Shown here piece after piece: positions 1 through 8,679 of a stretch of 64,000 nucleotides of DNA. This DNA is from Candidatus Acetothermia bacterium (lineage in GTDB: Bacteria > Bipolaricaulota > Bipolaricaulia > RBG-16-55-9 > DRXL01), in NCBI GenBank assembly GCA_016179105.1, contig JACOSB010000160.1:164-64163 (forward strand). Direction: 5' to 3'. Positions within the stretch are counted from its first letter, which is position 1. The number at the start of each line of letters is the position of its first letter. Both the position numbers and the translations under genes were made by a program. A model generated the notes under the pieces. That model searched no databases and was not told the DNA's origin. It saw nothing but the letters and a program-made list of their open reading frames with translations.

Positions 1-640
1 GAAGTTCAACGACCTGAACGGCAATGGCAAGCAGGACCCCGGCGAGCTCGGACTGCCTAACTGGATCTTCACAGTCCAACCAGGCAACCTTACCGGCATC
101 ACCAACCCTAAGGGGGAAATCTGCTTCACCGTGCCCGCTCCGGGGACGTACATAGTCACCGAGCAAGTGCAATCCGGGTGGATGCTGACGACGCCAAACC
201 CGCAAACGGTGACTGTCTTACCGGGCCAGACGGTGAACCTCAGCTTCGGGAATCGGCAAATCGGAAAGTGAGACCTGGCGATCATTAAGGAAGTCAAGCT
301 GATGATCAGCGGACAGCCAGCAACGTACGTCATTACCATCAGCAATAAAGGAGACGGAACCTGTAACCCCACAATCACGGTGACGGACATGTTGGGGTCG
401 GGCCTAAGCTTCAGCTCGGCAGGCGGGCCCGGGGTAGTGTGTGGAGCCGTTGCACAGACGGTCACCTGTACGAGCAATAACCCGCTCGGCCCCGGCCAGA
501 GCCTCCAGATCCAGATCAACGTCACTGTCAAGATTGATCCGGGGAAAGAAGCCAGGAACTGTGCCACTGTGAAGAATCCCAATGACGTCAATTTGACCAA
601 TAACGAAGCCTGTATCACGACCGTCGTAGGGAAAAAGTAA
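1..640 (+). pseudogene. Degenerate duplicate of the 3' end (DUF11-repeat C-terminus) of the 775..3849 surface-protein gene. It is interrupted by an in-frame TGA at 269-271 and a 6-nt deletion relative to the paralog.
   Basis: Frame-2 translation KFNDLNGNGKQDPGE...NRQIGK* parallels residues ~530-625 of the 1024-aa protein. Segment 302..640 (112 aa) is nearly identical at the nucleotide level to 3511..3849. The TGC codon of the paralog's GGKCDLAI is TGA here. Confidence 0.6.
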
Positions 641-653
641 AGGAGCAACGCAA

Positions 654-680
654 GGCGTCCGGGCCACGCGCCCGGACGCT
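654..680 (+). terminator. GC-rich hairpin 3' flank (GGCGTCCGGGC-cacgc-GCCCGGACGC), copy 1 of a conserved cassette 3' element. There is no U-tract.
   Basis: 10-bp perfect inverted repeat immediately after the stop of the duplicated gene fragment. Homologous elements follow the genes ending at 3849 and 6641. Confidence 0.45.
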
Positions 681-774
681 CGCCTTCGCAAACTATAGCC
701 GTAAATGCCCAACAGGAATTAGGAATATAGATGTCCAATAGGAATATAATGTTAAACAAGACAGGTGATCTACG

Positions 775-3700
775 ATGAAGTTCATCAAGCAGAACCCCGG
801 CCTGCTGAGGTCGGCGCGCAGCTGGGGAGCGCTGGGGTTGCTCCTGGCGCTCGTGGTGACGTTTGGGTCGTGGCAAGCTACTTCAATACCATCAACCTTC
901 ATTGTGGAAGGCACTGTGACTTACTCAGCGCAACCGCAACCTCCGACTCCTTGCGCTACACCCCCCTCTGGCATGGTCGCCTGGTATACGTTGGATGAGC
1001 AAAGTGGGGCTGGTGTTGTCTACGATGTAGCCGACTGGGACGATAACGGCAATACTTTGGATGCTAACGGCAGCACTACGACTATCAGCGCGACAGCGGG
1101 TCCTCCACCCGCAGGTCCTGTGCCCGTGACCTCACTTCCCTTAAGCTTACCGTCTGGCAAGGTCGGCAGTGCGCTCTATTTCTATGGGCCGTATGTGCAA
1201 GTGCCTCTGCCAGCAGCGGACTTGAACTTTGCGAAGGGCGATCTCAGCATAGACGCCTGGGTCTGGCCGGTCCAAGTCGGTCCAGGGCGCATTCAGCCTA
1301 TCGTGGATAGGCTCGACCTAAGCCAAAACAAGGGCTACGCCTTCTATGTGGAAGACGGCCTTCTGCGCTTCAGGATGGGGGACGGTACGTTTGCTGGGTC
1401 TGCGAGCACGGGAAGTGTCACCTATGGGACATGGAACCATGTAGCGGTCACAGTGAACAGAAGCGACCCCTTGAGCGGGGTTAAATTCTACATCAACGGG
1501 GCACTTGTCGGGTTCGGTCCGACAGTAACCGGGATCATTGACAATGCACAGGCTGTGTGGATCGGCAAGAGTAGGCTCAGCCCTCCAGCAGGCTTTGGTG
1601 AGATCGCCATTGACGAGCTGGAGGTCTTCAACCGTGTGCTCACACCAACGGAGATCAATGACATCTTCCAGGCCGACAAAGCGGGTAAGTGCAAATCCGA
1701 TCTGGGTGATGCACCGGATAGCACGAATCACGCCGCAGCGCAGATGGCTACTGGTTATGGGCCAACGGCCAACTTCCCCACGGTCTATGATCCGGGCGCG
1801 CCTCATGGTCCGATCCATCTGAATGCGACCGGCGATGCTTGGCTAGGGAAGGCTGTCACCTTAGAGGGAGAGGCCGATCAAGGATGGGACCAAGACCCGA
1901 CGAACAACATCCTACCTGGCCCCAACATCGCTAACAAGGATGGCGCAGACGACGGCGTGAGCCCGCTGCCCATTCTCCCTTTTTACTGCAGCACTCAGAC
2001 ACTCACCTATTCGGTAACCGTCATCGGCCCAACGAAACCCCGCTATGTGAACGTCTGGTTCGACTTCAAGCAGGATGGGGACTGGGATGATGTCATCCAA
2101 TGTCCAGGGACGCCACTATCTGCAAGAGAATGGGCTGTCCAGAACCACCTCATCAACTTAGGTCCCGGTTTTCACCCGGGTTTGGTGACGCCATCCTTTG
2201 TGGCCTTCCTAGACCCTAATAAGTCCATTTCGACGTGGATGCGGGTGACACTGACGGATGTGCCGGTCGCACCCGCACAGGCCGACGGCAGTGGCCCTCC
2301 TGGGGGATACCCGTTCGGTGAGACCGAGGACTACTTCTTGGGAAAGGACCCATCCGGTAGCGCCGAAATCTGCGTCTTCAAATTTGAAGACAAGAACGGG
2401 AATGGTATGTGGGACATTAACTTCAGCAACCCCAACGACCCCAACAACGAGCCTCTGCTATCTGGATGGACGTTTAACGTTAATCCAGGGCCCCCGAATC
2501 AGGTGACCACTGACCCTACAGGCAACATCTGTTTCAGTGTGCCCGCTCCGGGGACATACACGATCACGGAAGTGCCATTGCCCGGCTGGGTACCCACGTC
2601 GCTGAATCCGCAAACCCAGACGGTTTTCTCAACCACCCGCATGCACTTCTACTTCGGCAACCGGAGGCGAGAGGAAGTGAAGTGCGACCCGGCGATCAAG
2701 AAGACAGTTAACCCCAACCCCGTGCAAACCGGAGGGACGGTGACTGTCACGCTCGCCCTAACCGTGCCCGCAGGGCAAATCTGCGAAGCTACCACTGTTG
2801 TCGTGCAAGATCAATTGCCCCCCACGATGGTGTATCAGAACCTGTCGATGACTCCAAGCCCGCTTTCTGATTGGAGCTGTGTTACAACAATCCCGAGTTG
2901 TTACAATGTCATTCCACTGATAGGGCCTTACACAGCCATGTTCAGCTTCATGGCCAACGTGAACGCACCACCAGGAACTAGTATCACCAACTGCGCGACA
3001 GCAACCGTGTCAGGCCAGCTTATCAGTAAGTCATGCGTGCCTATCTCGGTCCTACCTAAAGCTGCCTGCGACCTGGCGATCAAGAAGTCCGTCACTCCCA
3101 ACCCCGTACAGAGCGGTCAACAGGTGACCTTTACCCTGACCGTGCAGAACGTCGGCACCGGACCGTGCCAAGGCATCACCACGGTGACGGATGGTCCACT
3201 CCCGTGGTTGCAGGTCACGAGCGTGGCGCAGGGCGGCAGCCAGTGGAATTGCTCGGTGGCGCCGCCAAATCCTGGAGCGACCATCAAGTGCACTTGGGAT
3301 GCCAGCATCCAGCCTGTACCGCCCGGGCCACTTCCCGCAATTACCATCACAGGGACTGTCATAGCATCGGCAACGGGTCAACTTCCAAACTGCGCGGCCG
3401 TCAGCAATCCGAACGACACCAACACGGCCAATAACCAGTCGTGCGTGATCGTGCAGGTCACAGGCGGAAAGTGCGACCTGGCGATCAGCAAGGAAGTCAA
3501 GCCGAATCCCTTAATCAGCGGACAGCCAGCAACGTACTTCATTACCGTCTTCAATAAGGGAGACGGAACCTGTAACCCCACAATCACGGTGACGGACACG
3601 TTGGCGTCGGGCCTAAGCTTCATCTCGGCAGGCGGGCCTGGGGTAGTGTGTGTACCGTTTGGACAGACGGTCACCTGCACGAGCAATAACCCGCTCGGCC

Positions 3701-3849
3701 CCGGCCAGAGCCTTCAGATCCAGATCAACGTCACGGTAAAGATTGAGCCGGGGAAAGAAGCGAGGAACTGTGCCACGGTGAAGAATCCGAACGATGTTAA
3801 CTTGACCAATAACGAAGCCTGTATTACGACCGTCGTAGGGAAAAAGTAA
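775..3849 (+). CDS. Secreted surface protein with a signal peptide, a LamG_3 / concanavalin-A-like jellyroll domain, a GEVED-like motif (PFGETEDYFLG) and about 3 DUF11 conserved-repeat domains.
   Basis: 1024-aa ORF with RBS AGGTGA 7 nt upstream. N-terminus MKFIKQNPGLLRSARSWGALGLLLALVV is signal-peptide-like. LamG_3 hallmarks: YFYGPYVQVP...DAWVWP...LLRFRMGDG...WNHVAVT...FYINGALVG...IDELEVFNRVLT. DUF11-like repeats: CDLAIKKSVTPNPVQSGQ..TFTLTVQNVGTGPC. Confidence 0.85.
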   Translation: MKFIKQNPGLLRSARSWGALGLLLALVVTFGSWQATSIPSTFIVEGTVTYSAQPQPPTPCATPPSGMVAWYTLDEQSGAGVVYDVADWDDNGNTLDANGSTTTISATAGPPPAGPVPVTSLPLSLPSGKVGSALYFYGPYVQVPLPAADLNFAKGDLSIDAWVWPVQVGPGRIQPIVDRLDLSQNKGYAFYVEDGLLRFRMGDGTFAGSASTGSVTYGTWNHVAVTVNRSDPLSGVKFYINGALVGFGPTVTGIIDNAQAVWIGKSRLSPPAGFGEIAIDELEVFNRVLTPTEINDIFQADKAGKCKSDLGDAPDSTNHAAAQMATGYGPTANFPTVYDPGAPHGPIHLNATGDAWLGKAVTLEGEADQGWDQDPTNNILPGPNIANKDGADDGVSPLPILPFYCSTQTLTYSVTVIGPTKPRYVNVWFDFKQDGDWDDVIQCPGTPLSAREWAVQNHLINLGPGFHPGLVTPSFVAFLDPNKSISTWMRVTLTDVPVAPAQADGSGPPGGYPFGETEDYFLGKDPSGSAEICVFKFEDKNGNGMWDINFSNPNDPNNEPLLSGWTFNVNPGPPNQVTTDPTGNICFSVPAPGTYTITEVPLPGWVPTSLNPQTQTVFSTTRMHFYFGNRRREEVKCDPAIKKTVNPNPVQTGGTVTVTLALTVPAGQICEATTVVVQDQLPPTMVYQNLSMTPSPLSDWSCVTTIPSCYNVIPLIGPYTAMFSFMANVNAPPGTSITNCATATVSGQLISKSCVPISVLPKAACDLAIKKSVTPNPVQSGQQVTFTLTVQNVGTGPCQGITTVTDGPLPWLQVTSVAQGGSQWNCSVAPPNPGATIKCTWDASIQPVPPGPLPAITITGTVIASATGQLPNCAAVSNPNDTNTANNQSCVIVQVTGGKCDLAISKEVKPNPLISGQPATYFITVFNKGDGTCNPTITVTDTLASGLSFISAGGPGVVCVPFGQTVTCTSNNPLGPGQSLQIQINVTVKIEPGKEARNCATVKNPNDVNLTNNEACITTVVGKK

Positions 3850-3861
3850 AGGAGCAACGCA

Positions 3862-3891
3862 GGGCGTCCGGGCCAACGCTCTCGGGCGCCC
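3862..3891 (+). terminator. GC-rich hairpin 3' flank (GGGCGTCCG...CGGGCGCCC), copy 2. It is followed by a second hairpin, CTCCTCG...CGAGGAG, in the convergent intergenic zone.
   Basis: Inverted repeats directly after the stop at 3849. The sequence taaaggagcaacgcagggcgtccgggcc matches the copy at 641-665. Confidence 0.45.
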
Positions 3892-3928
3892 TCCTCGGCT
3901 CTATCGGAGGACGAGGAGAAACTTCATC

Positions 3929-4192
3929 TCAAGCGGGCAGTGGCACTTCCTCCTGCTGCATTACCAACGAAGCGTAGTAGAGGGCGGCTTGGATGTCTTC
4001 TTCGGTCAGGGGAGGATATTCTTCAATGATCTCCCGATGGGTCATGCCGGCGGCCAGGGCGTCTAAGATGACGAAGACCGGAATGCGCGTGCCTTTGATA
4101 CAGGGCTTGCCGTGGCAGATCTGCGGGTCAACGGAGATACGCTCCAGAAGGTTGCTTGATTGCTGGTGTTTCATGGCGTTCACCCAGAGCAA
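3929..4192 (-). CDS. DUF433 family protein. This is antitoxin-like and usually pairs with DUF5615, but it is solitary here.
   Basis: 87-aa ORF with a family-typical HTH-like core (GKPCIKGTRIPVFVILDALAAGMTHREIIEEYP). No DUF5615 partner ORF is adjacent. Confidence 0.6.
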   Translation of the reverse strand: MLWVNAMKHQQSSNLLERISVDPQICHGKPCIKGTRIPVFVILDALAAGMTHREIIEEYPPLTEEDIQAALYYASLVMQQEEVPLPA

Positions 4193-4265
4193 TTTTAGAG
4201 CAAGTTGGCTACTGAAGCAAGCTCACGGGAGTATAGTAGTGCTGAAACGAACAGATCCACAAGAA

Positions 4266-4356
4266 GGGATCGAGAATGAAGTTCATCAAGAAGCATGCCG
4301 GCCTGTGGAGGTCGATGCGGAGTTGGGGAGCAGCTCGGGCGCCCTGCTTTTTATGA
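4266..4356 (+). pseudogene. Orphan remnant of the shared RBS plus signal-peptide 5' module (MKFIKKHAGLWRSMRSWGAA...), fused directly to a sequence resembling the cassette 3' hairpin half.
   Basis: ATG at 4276. The first ~20 codons are about 80% identical at the nucleotide level to the 5' ends of the genes at 775 and 6195. Homology breaks after GGGGAGC and continues as CTCGGGCGCCCTGC, which resembles the 3' flank at 3880-3893 and 6702-6712. Stop falls after 26 codons. Confidence 0.45.
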
Positions 4357-4788
4357 ATGCTTTTGCGCAAATAAGCGCTGGGGATCAACACGCTTGATCT
4401 CTGGAATGAGGTCCAAGTGTGCATCCGTCGAAATGATCTCGTGCAACTCGTTGTGGCGCATCACCGCCACATGAATCAGATCTCTTGCCGTAACCCCTTT
4501 GGGAGCATAGCGCTCAAAGAGCTGAACAGCCAGCCGGATGTCGGCCACCGCGATCGGATAGATCGTGGGCACCAGGTCCAGTAGGCTCTTGGCCATACTC
4601 GTCCCGATCGGCCAGCGACCGAGAGCGCCGTAGCGATACAAGATCTCTTGAATAATCTCGACATCTATGGCGGCGGCAAGCCGTCCCTCGGCGATCTCGG
4701 CCATAATCCAGGTACAAGGTGCTTTATAGAGATGTGCTTTGCCGGCGGCGTACATGGGCACGTTGACATCGAGAAAGAACTCAGCCAT
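4351..4788 (-). CDS. vapC: Type II toxin VapC (PIN-domain ribonuclease)
   Basis: 145 aa. N-terminal FLDVNVPMYAAG has the PIN acidic motif. It overlaps the upstream RHH antitoxin by 8 nt (ATGATGCC). Confidence 0.8.
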   Translation of the reverse strand: MAEFFLDVNVPMYAAGKAHLYKAPCTWIMAEIAEGRLAAAIDVEIIQEILYRYGALGRWPIGTSMAKSLLDLVPTIYPIAVADIRLAVQLFERYAPKGVTARDLIHVAVMRHNELHEIISTDAHLDLIPEIKRVDPQRLFAQKHS

Positions 4789-5062
4789 CTAAGGCACCTT
4801 TGGTAATTTCTTTTTCCATTTCTTCCCAGTCTGCCACCGGGGCTTTCAAACTGAGCAACTGTTGGAGGGCGGCCCGGCGCTGCTGCAGCACGGCCCCTTG
4901 GAAGCACGCCTCCACGATGGCCTCGCGGACGAGCACGCTGAGCGGTTTGCCGCGCTCTTGGGCGATCTTCAGAAGAAGTTCATACTGTTCTGTGCTGAGC
5001 ACGGTTTGGACGCGCTTGGTATAGACAGGGCTTGTGGCGTGTGTGGCGGCCAATGGCATCAC
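4781..5062 (-). CDS. vapB: Ribbon-helix-helix antitoxin (VapB/CopG-like), partner of vapC
   Basis: 93 aa. Shows the ...LSTEQYELLLKIAQERGKPLSVLVREAIVE... RHH signature and is translationally coupled to vapC. A palindromic candidate operator, GATAGTATC...GATACTAT, lies at 5066-5100 upstream. Confidence 0.75.
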   Translation of the reverse strand: MMPLAATHATSPVYTKRVQTVLSTEQYELLLKIAQERGKPLSVLVREAIVEACFQGAVLQQRRAALQQLLSLKAPVADWEEMEKEITKGALDG

Positions 5063-5179
5063 CTCAAGATAGTATCTTACAGATCGTATTTTAATGATAC
5101 TATATCCATAGTGCTGTTGCCACGGTGCCAGCGGGTGCGGGATGACTTTTTTAGCCCACCTCTTTGCTATTGTGAACGA

Positions 5180-5297
5180 TTAAGGATGAATGACGTGTGA
5201 GTTGAGTTCCTGCTTGAACAGGTCGAAATCGCGGTCATTGTGAAGCAGGGCATGATGGTGCAAATGAAAAAAGACGGTGGTGTCGACAAATCACCAT
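5180..5297 (-). pseudogene. Degraded vapC (PIN toxin) remnant downstream of the second vapB. It has a +1 frameshift after codon 3 and an internal deletion.
   Basis: ATG GTG ATT then an extra T. Removing it gives MVIVDTTVFFHLHHHALLHNDRDFDLFKQELNSHVIHP*. This shows the PIN N-terminal VDT motif and the C-terminal NDRDF motif, but only about 36 codons remain. Confidence 0.35.
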
Positions 5298-5300
5298 AGC

Positions 5301-5501
5301 TTAGCGGGCGCGGCCATCGCGCAGTTTCTCGAGATCGCCTTCCCAGGCGACCTTGCCACGCAAGCGGCGGACCTCGCTCTGCCCTTTCACCTGCACCAAC
5401 AACTGTAGAGCAGCTTCAATGACGGCGCGTTTGGTGGGCAGGCCGCTGGCGCGCAGGGCTTGGCGCATCAACTCATCGTCAATCACGACATTAGTGCGCA
5501 T
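5301..5501 (-). CDS. vapB: Type II antitoxin, VapB family (DUF2191-like, MRTNVVIDDELM N-terminus)
   Basis: 66 aa. The N-terminus MRTNVVIDDELMRQALRASG is characteristic of VapB-family antitoxins that pair with PIN toxins. The cognate toxin downstream is decayed. Confidence 0.7.
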   Translation of the reverse strand: MRTNVVIDDELMRQALRASGLPTKRAVIEAALQLLVQVKGQSEVRRLRGKVAWEGDLEKLRDGRAR

Positions 5502-5751
5502 GGGTGAGCACTCCTAAGAGTTTCGATGTGTATAGTATAGCAAAATCGTGTGTATTGGGCAATGGTCTTAGCTGGGCTCTTCTCGGTTTTTCCGGTTCCC
5601 ATGATATTTTGTTTCGCCACGCTATCGTCACGCGGGAAGTTTATACAAGGTTGTTAGACTCGCCTCCTTTTGGGCCATAGATAAGAGCGAAGTTCAGAGT
5701 CGCAGCTGAAGCACACGACAGAAGCAGCCACACAAAGAAAGAAAGGAGACG

Positions 5752-5964
5752 ATGACGATGAAATGGATACACCTCAAGAGCAAACACTGGATCGGGTCGG
5801 CGACGGTGATGATTCCTCAGGGAATGGCGGTGTGGCAGTTCAAGCAGCTGGTCGGTCTCCAGGAAGACAGCATTTTGACAGTGCCTGCGTTGGCGTTTCC
5901 TCTGCCAGATCAAGTGGTCCTGGACAAATATATCACGAATTTCGACACGGTCTATGTCGAGTAA
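5752..5964 (+). CDS. Small hypothetical protein (70 aa) in an AT-rich pocket
   Basis: Strong RBS GAAAGGAG 7-10 nt before ATG. No recognisable motif. It is flanked by imperfect direct repeats GGGCCATAGA...GAAGT at 5672 and 5973. Confidence 0.35.
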   Translation: MTMKWIHLKSKHWIGSATVMIPQGMAVWQFKQLVGLQEDSILTVPALAFPLPDQVVLDKYITNFDTVYVE

Positions 5965-6194
5965 TGCTGTTGGGGCCATAGACCGAAGTGAAACTCAATC
6001 ACCTTGAAGGAGGGTATCTTATGAAACTTTAGAAAGTATTCCCAATCGAAATCGAGCAATTACGCAGATTTGAAGCTCATTTCACGTTTTTGTCACGCTG
6101 GGGATTTAGACTAAAAGTGACCGACGGGTAGTCTTCCGGGCGGTTCAACGAAGTCAAAGCGAACGAACAGATCCAATAAAAGGAGAGATCTACG

Positions 6195-6641
6195 ATGAAG
6201 TTCATCCAGAAGAACGCCGGCCTGCTGAGGTCGGTGCGGAGTTGGGGAGTGCTGGGATTGGTCCTAGCGCTCGCGGTTGTCGCTAGTGTCTATGAACAGA
6301 CAGTAGCTCTTCCATATCCAGCAAACACTGTCAAGCTCTGGGAAGCAGCTTTGCCCCCATATACATATACTTTGCCCTCAAATAAATGTAATCTTGTCGC
6401 GCTGGTTGCCTATGATAACGGCATAACAATTGACCCGCGTTCAAACTATCTTGTGAAGTTCTATCAGATGCCCGGACATGTATATCAAGGCCAGTCTTTA
6501 AGCGGCACGAACGGTGAAGCCAACTTCTCTGTTCTACGCGGCGGTACTGTAGTCACTTTCTTCGTGGCGGAGGTTCAGTCGTGGATTGGGCTCCTCGTAA
6601 GCAACCAGATTGCTTGCGGAGCCCGTTATCCTGGAGACTGA
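6195..6641 (+). CDS. Small secreted protein (148 aa) carrying the shared signal-peptide 5' module
   Basis: MKFIQKNAGLLRSVRSWGVLGLVLALAVV is nearly identical to the N-terminus of the 775 gene. 20 nt of upstream sequence (gatctacgatgaagttcatc) are identical. It is followed by the conserved GC hairpin at 6685-6712. Confidence 0.7.
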   Translation: MKFIQKNAGLLRSVRSWGVLGLVLALAVVASVYEQTVALPYPANTVKLWEAALPPYTYTLPSNKCNLVALVAYDNGITIDPRSNYLVKFYQMPGHVYQGQSLSGTNGEANFSVLRGGTVVTFFVAEVQSWIGLLVSNQIACGARYPGD

Positions 6642-6684
6642 GAAGCAAATCAACGACAAAGTTTGACGCAGTAGGTCAAGGGAT

Positions 6685-6712
6685 GGGCGTCCGGGCCGCG
6701 CGCTCGGGCGCC
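6685..6712 (+). terminator. GC-rich hairpin 3' flank, copy 3 (GGGCGTCCGGGCC gcg CGCTCGGGCGCC)
   Basis: Same element as at 654 and 3862. It lies between the stop at 6641 and the RBS-supported start at 6788. Confidence 0.4.
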
Positions 6713-6787
6713 CCGCCCCACAGCATCACGGACGCAAAGACTGATCAGGAAACTGAAGAATCTGTACAATGGCTAGGAGAGATCGCA

Positions 6788-8563
6788 ATGCACATAAGAG
6801 AAGCAATGAAGCTACTCGGATTGGTCGCAGCCTTGGTCGTGTTGATCTTGGTTGTGATACAGAGCGAACAGGCCTGGTTGGCGCAAGCCGACTGCACGAT
6901 CATAGTACAGCCGGGGCAGTCTATCCAAAAGGTGATTGACCAAGCTCAAGCGGGCGCGGTCGTCTGTCTGAGCCCAGGAACGTTCCAAGAGAATATTCAG
7001 ATCAAAAAGAGCCTGACGCTGCGGGGCGCGGGAAGAATGCAAGCGGTCATCAAGGGCAAAGTAGAAAAGGGTCAGCGCGAGCCGGGTCCGCCCGGGGTGC
7101 AGATGACTGAGCCCGTGGTTCGGATCGAGAGCGCTTCAGAGATCGAAGTGAACATCAAGGGCCTCACGATCGCGGAGGCCGAATTCTACGGGCCCCCCCC
7201 AGTGACTTGTGACTTTGTTCCTTGTTTTTACGCACTTCGTATCCCGCCTAGTATCTCGGTGGGAGGCCATGCGAAAGCGACAATCCGATCCTCCACCGTC
7301 TCCCGCAGCGGGAGCGGTCTAGCTGTAGGAAACTCGGCTCAGGTGAGCCTGATTGACTCCCAAGTCTCCGACAACAGCGGGAGCGGCATCAGTGTGACAG
7401 GCTCTTCCGGCGATGCGAAAGTGACGATCCAATCTTCCATAGTTTCGGGCAATGGGGTTGGCCTCGATGTGCAGGACTCGGCTAAGTTGGAGGTGAATGA
7501 CAGCCGCTTCTTGGACAACCGGCAGTGCGGAATCAGGGTTCTCTCAGCCGATGCCCGGATTTCGGGCACTCCCAACGAGATGCGGGATAACGGGGTCGAT
7601 CTTTGCGGCTTCGCCCCCGTGGCCCTCCGCCGGCCGCTCGTCCCCCAGACGACGCGCACTCAACTGACAGTCCCCCAGGATTTTGCCAGCCTGCAGGAGG
7701 CAGTGGATGCCCTGGCCCCGGGCGGGACGATCTTGGTTGGGCTAGGCATCTATGAAGTGGGGCTGACGATCTGGAAACCGCTGACGCTGTGGGGGGTGAG
7801 CCGGACAGAAACGACGCTGAAGGTACGGCCTGAGCGTGGGTTGGTCGTCTCGGTCCCGGCCGAGGTGCAGGTAGTTACGCTGCAAGGACTTGCAGTGTTG
7901 GGCGGTGGTTTGAACATCTACGGTTATGTCTATCTTCAGGACGTCCAAGTCTCCGGCAATAGGGGCAGTGGCCTCTTTGTGGGGGGATCGGCCCAGGTGA
8001 GCCTGACCGGCTCCCAAGTCTCCACCAACGTCGGGTCAGGCCTCTCTGTGGAGGGCTCGGCCCAGGTGAGCCTGATTTACTCCCAAGTCTCCACCAATGT
8101 CGGGTCAGGCCTCTCTGTGGGAGGATCTGCCCGGGTGAGTCTGAGTGGCTCCACAATCTTCGGCAACACACAAGGCCTCGTGATGGAGGACTCGGCCCGT
8201 GCAGAAGTACGTCAAAGCCTCATCATAGGCAACGGCACTAACCCCGAGATGCAGCTTGTCGACGATTGTCAAGCCGGCAACCCCCGCAGAAAGGCAGACA
8301 TAATGTGCGGCGGGATCGTGGTTGGTGGCACAGAAGCGCGACTGACGCTGATAGGTTCCATTATCCAAGGGAACGCCGACTGGGGCCTGGGGGCGGAGTT
8401 GAAGCAGTGCGGCGGCTCCGAAGACAAGTTCACCGGCAAGGTGGTCTTCGAGGGTACGAACACGATCGAGGGCAACAACAGATCGGGCAAACTCATTGGC
8501 AAGGGCAACCCCGGCAACCACCCGTTCAAGAACTTACCCGACGGGCAGGTGTGTCTGCCGTAG
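6788..8563 (+). CDS. Secreted right-handed parallel beta-helix repeat protein (PbH1 / NosD / pectate-lyase-like fold)
   Basis: RBS AGGAGAGATCGCA-ATG. Signal/TM segment MHIREAMKLLGLVAALVVLILVVI. There are many 22-23-aa rungs of the form GNSAQVSLIDSQVSDNSGSGISVTGSSG. The upstream in-frame extension to 6581 was rejected. Confidence 0.75.
   Translation: MHIREAMKLLGLVAALVVLILVVIQSEQAWLAQADCTIIVQPGQSIQKVIDQAQAGAVVCLSPGTFQENIQIKKSLTLRGAGRMQAVIKGKVEKGQREPGPPGVQMTEPVVRIESASEIEVNIKGLTIAEAEFYGPPPVTCDFVPCFYALRIPPSISVGGHAKATIRSSTVSRSGSGLAVGNSAQVSLIDSQVSDNSGSGISVTGSSGDAKVTIQSSIVSGNGVGLDVQDSAKLEVNDSRFLDNRQCGIRVLSADARISGTPNEMRDNGVDLCGFAPVALRRPLVPQTTRTQLTVPQDFASLQEAVDALAPGGTILVGLGIYEVGLTIWKPLTLWGVSRTETTLKVRPERGLVVSVPAEVQVVTLQGLAVLGGGLNIYGYVYLQDVQVSGNRGSGLFVGGSAQVSLTGSQVSTNVGSGLSVEGSAQVSLIYSQVSTNVGSGLSVGGSARVSLSGSTIFGNTQGLVMEDSARAEVRQSLIIGNGTNPEMQLVDDCQAGNPRRKADIMCGGIVVGGTEARLTLIGSIIQGNADWGLGAELKQCGGSEDKFTGKVVFEGTNTIEGNNRSGKLIGKGNPGNHPFKNLPDGQVCLP
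7922..8190 (+). repeat. Tandem 69-nt (23-aa) repeat, about 3.5 units, inside the beta-helix gene
   Basis: gcccaggtgagcctga...gtcgggtcaggcctctctgtgg recurs at 7991, 8060 and 8129 with over 85% identity. Confidence 0.8.
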
Positions 8564-8679
8564 GAGCTACAAAATATGGAGGGAGAAACGGTGCACTCGG
8601 GTGCCCCGACGGACTCATCCCCATGACGCGAATTGACAAGTTTGAGCAGAAACAGATAGACTTCGAAAGGAGGTCTTCG

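Noticed and set aside
4209-4424. 71-aa minus-strand ORF antisense to the signal-peptide remnant
   Set aside because: Mirror-frame artefact of the conserved 5' module. It overlaps the vapC 3' end.
6581-6787. N-terminal extension of the beta-helix protein ORF back to 6581 (and similar upstream extensions for 8266, 25010, 50105, 53203, 56298)
   Set aside because: Each extension lacks an RBS and overlaps upstream gene 3' ends or hairpins. Internal ATGs with good Shine-Dalgarno sites and signal peptides immediately after them give more sensible starts.
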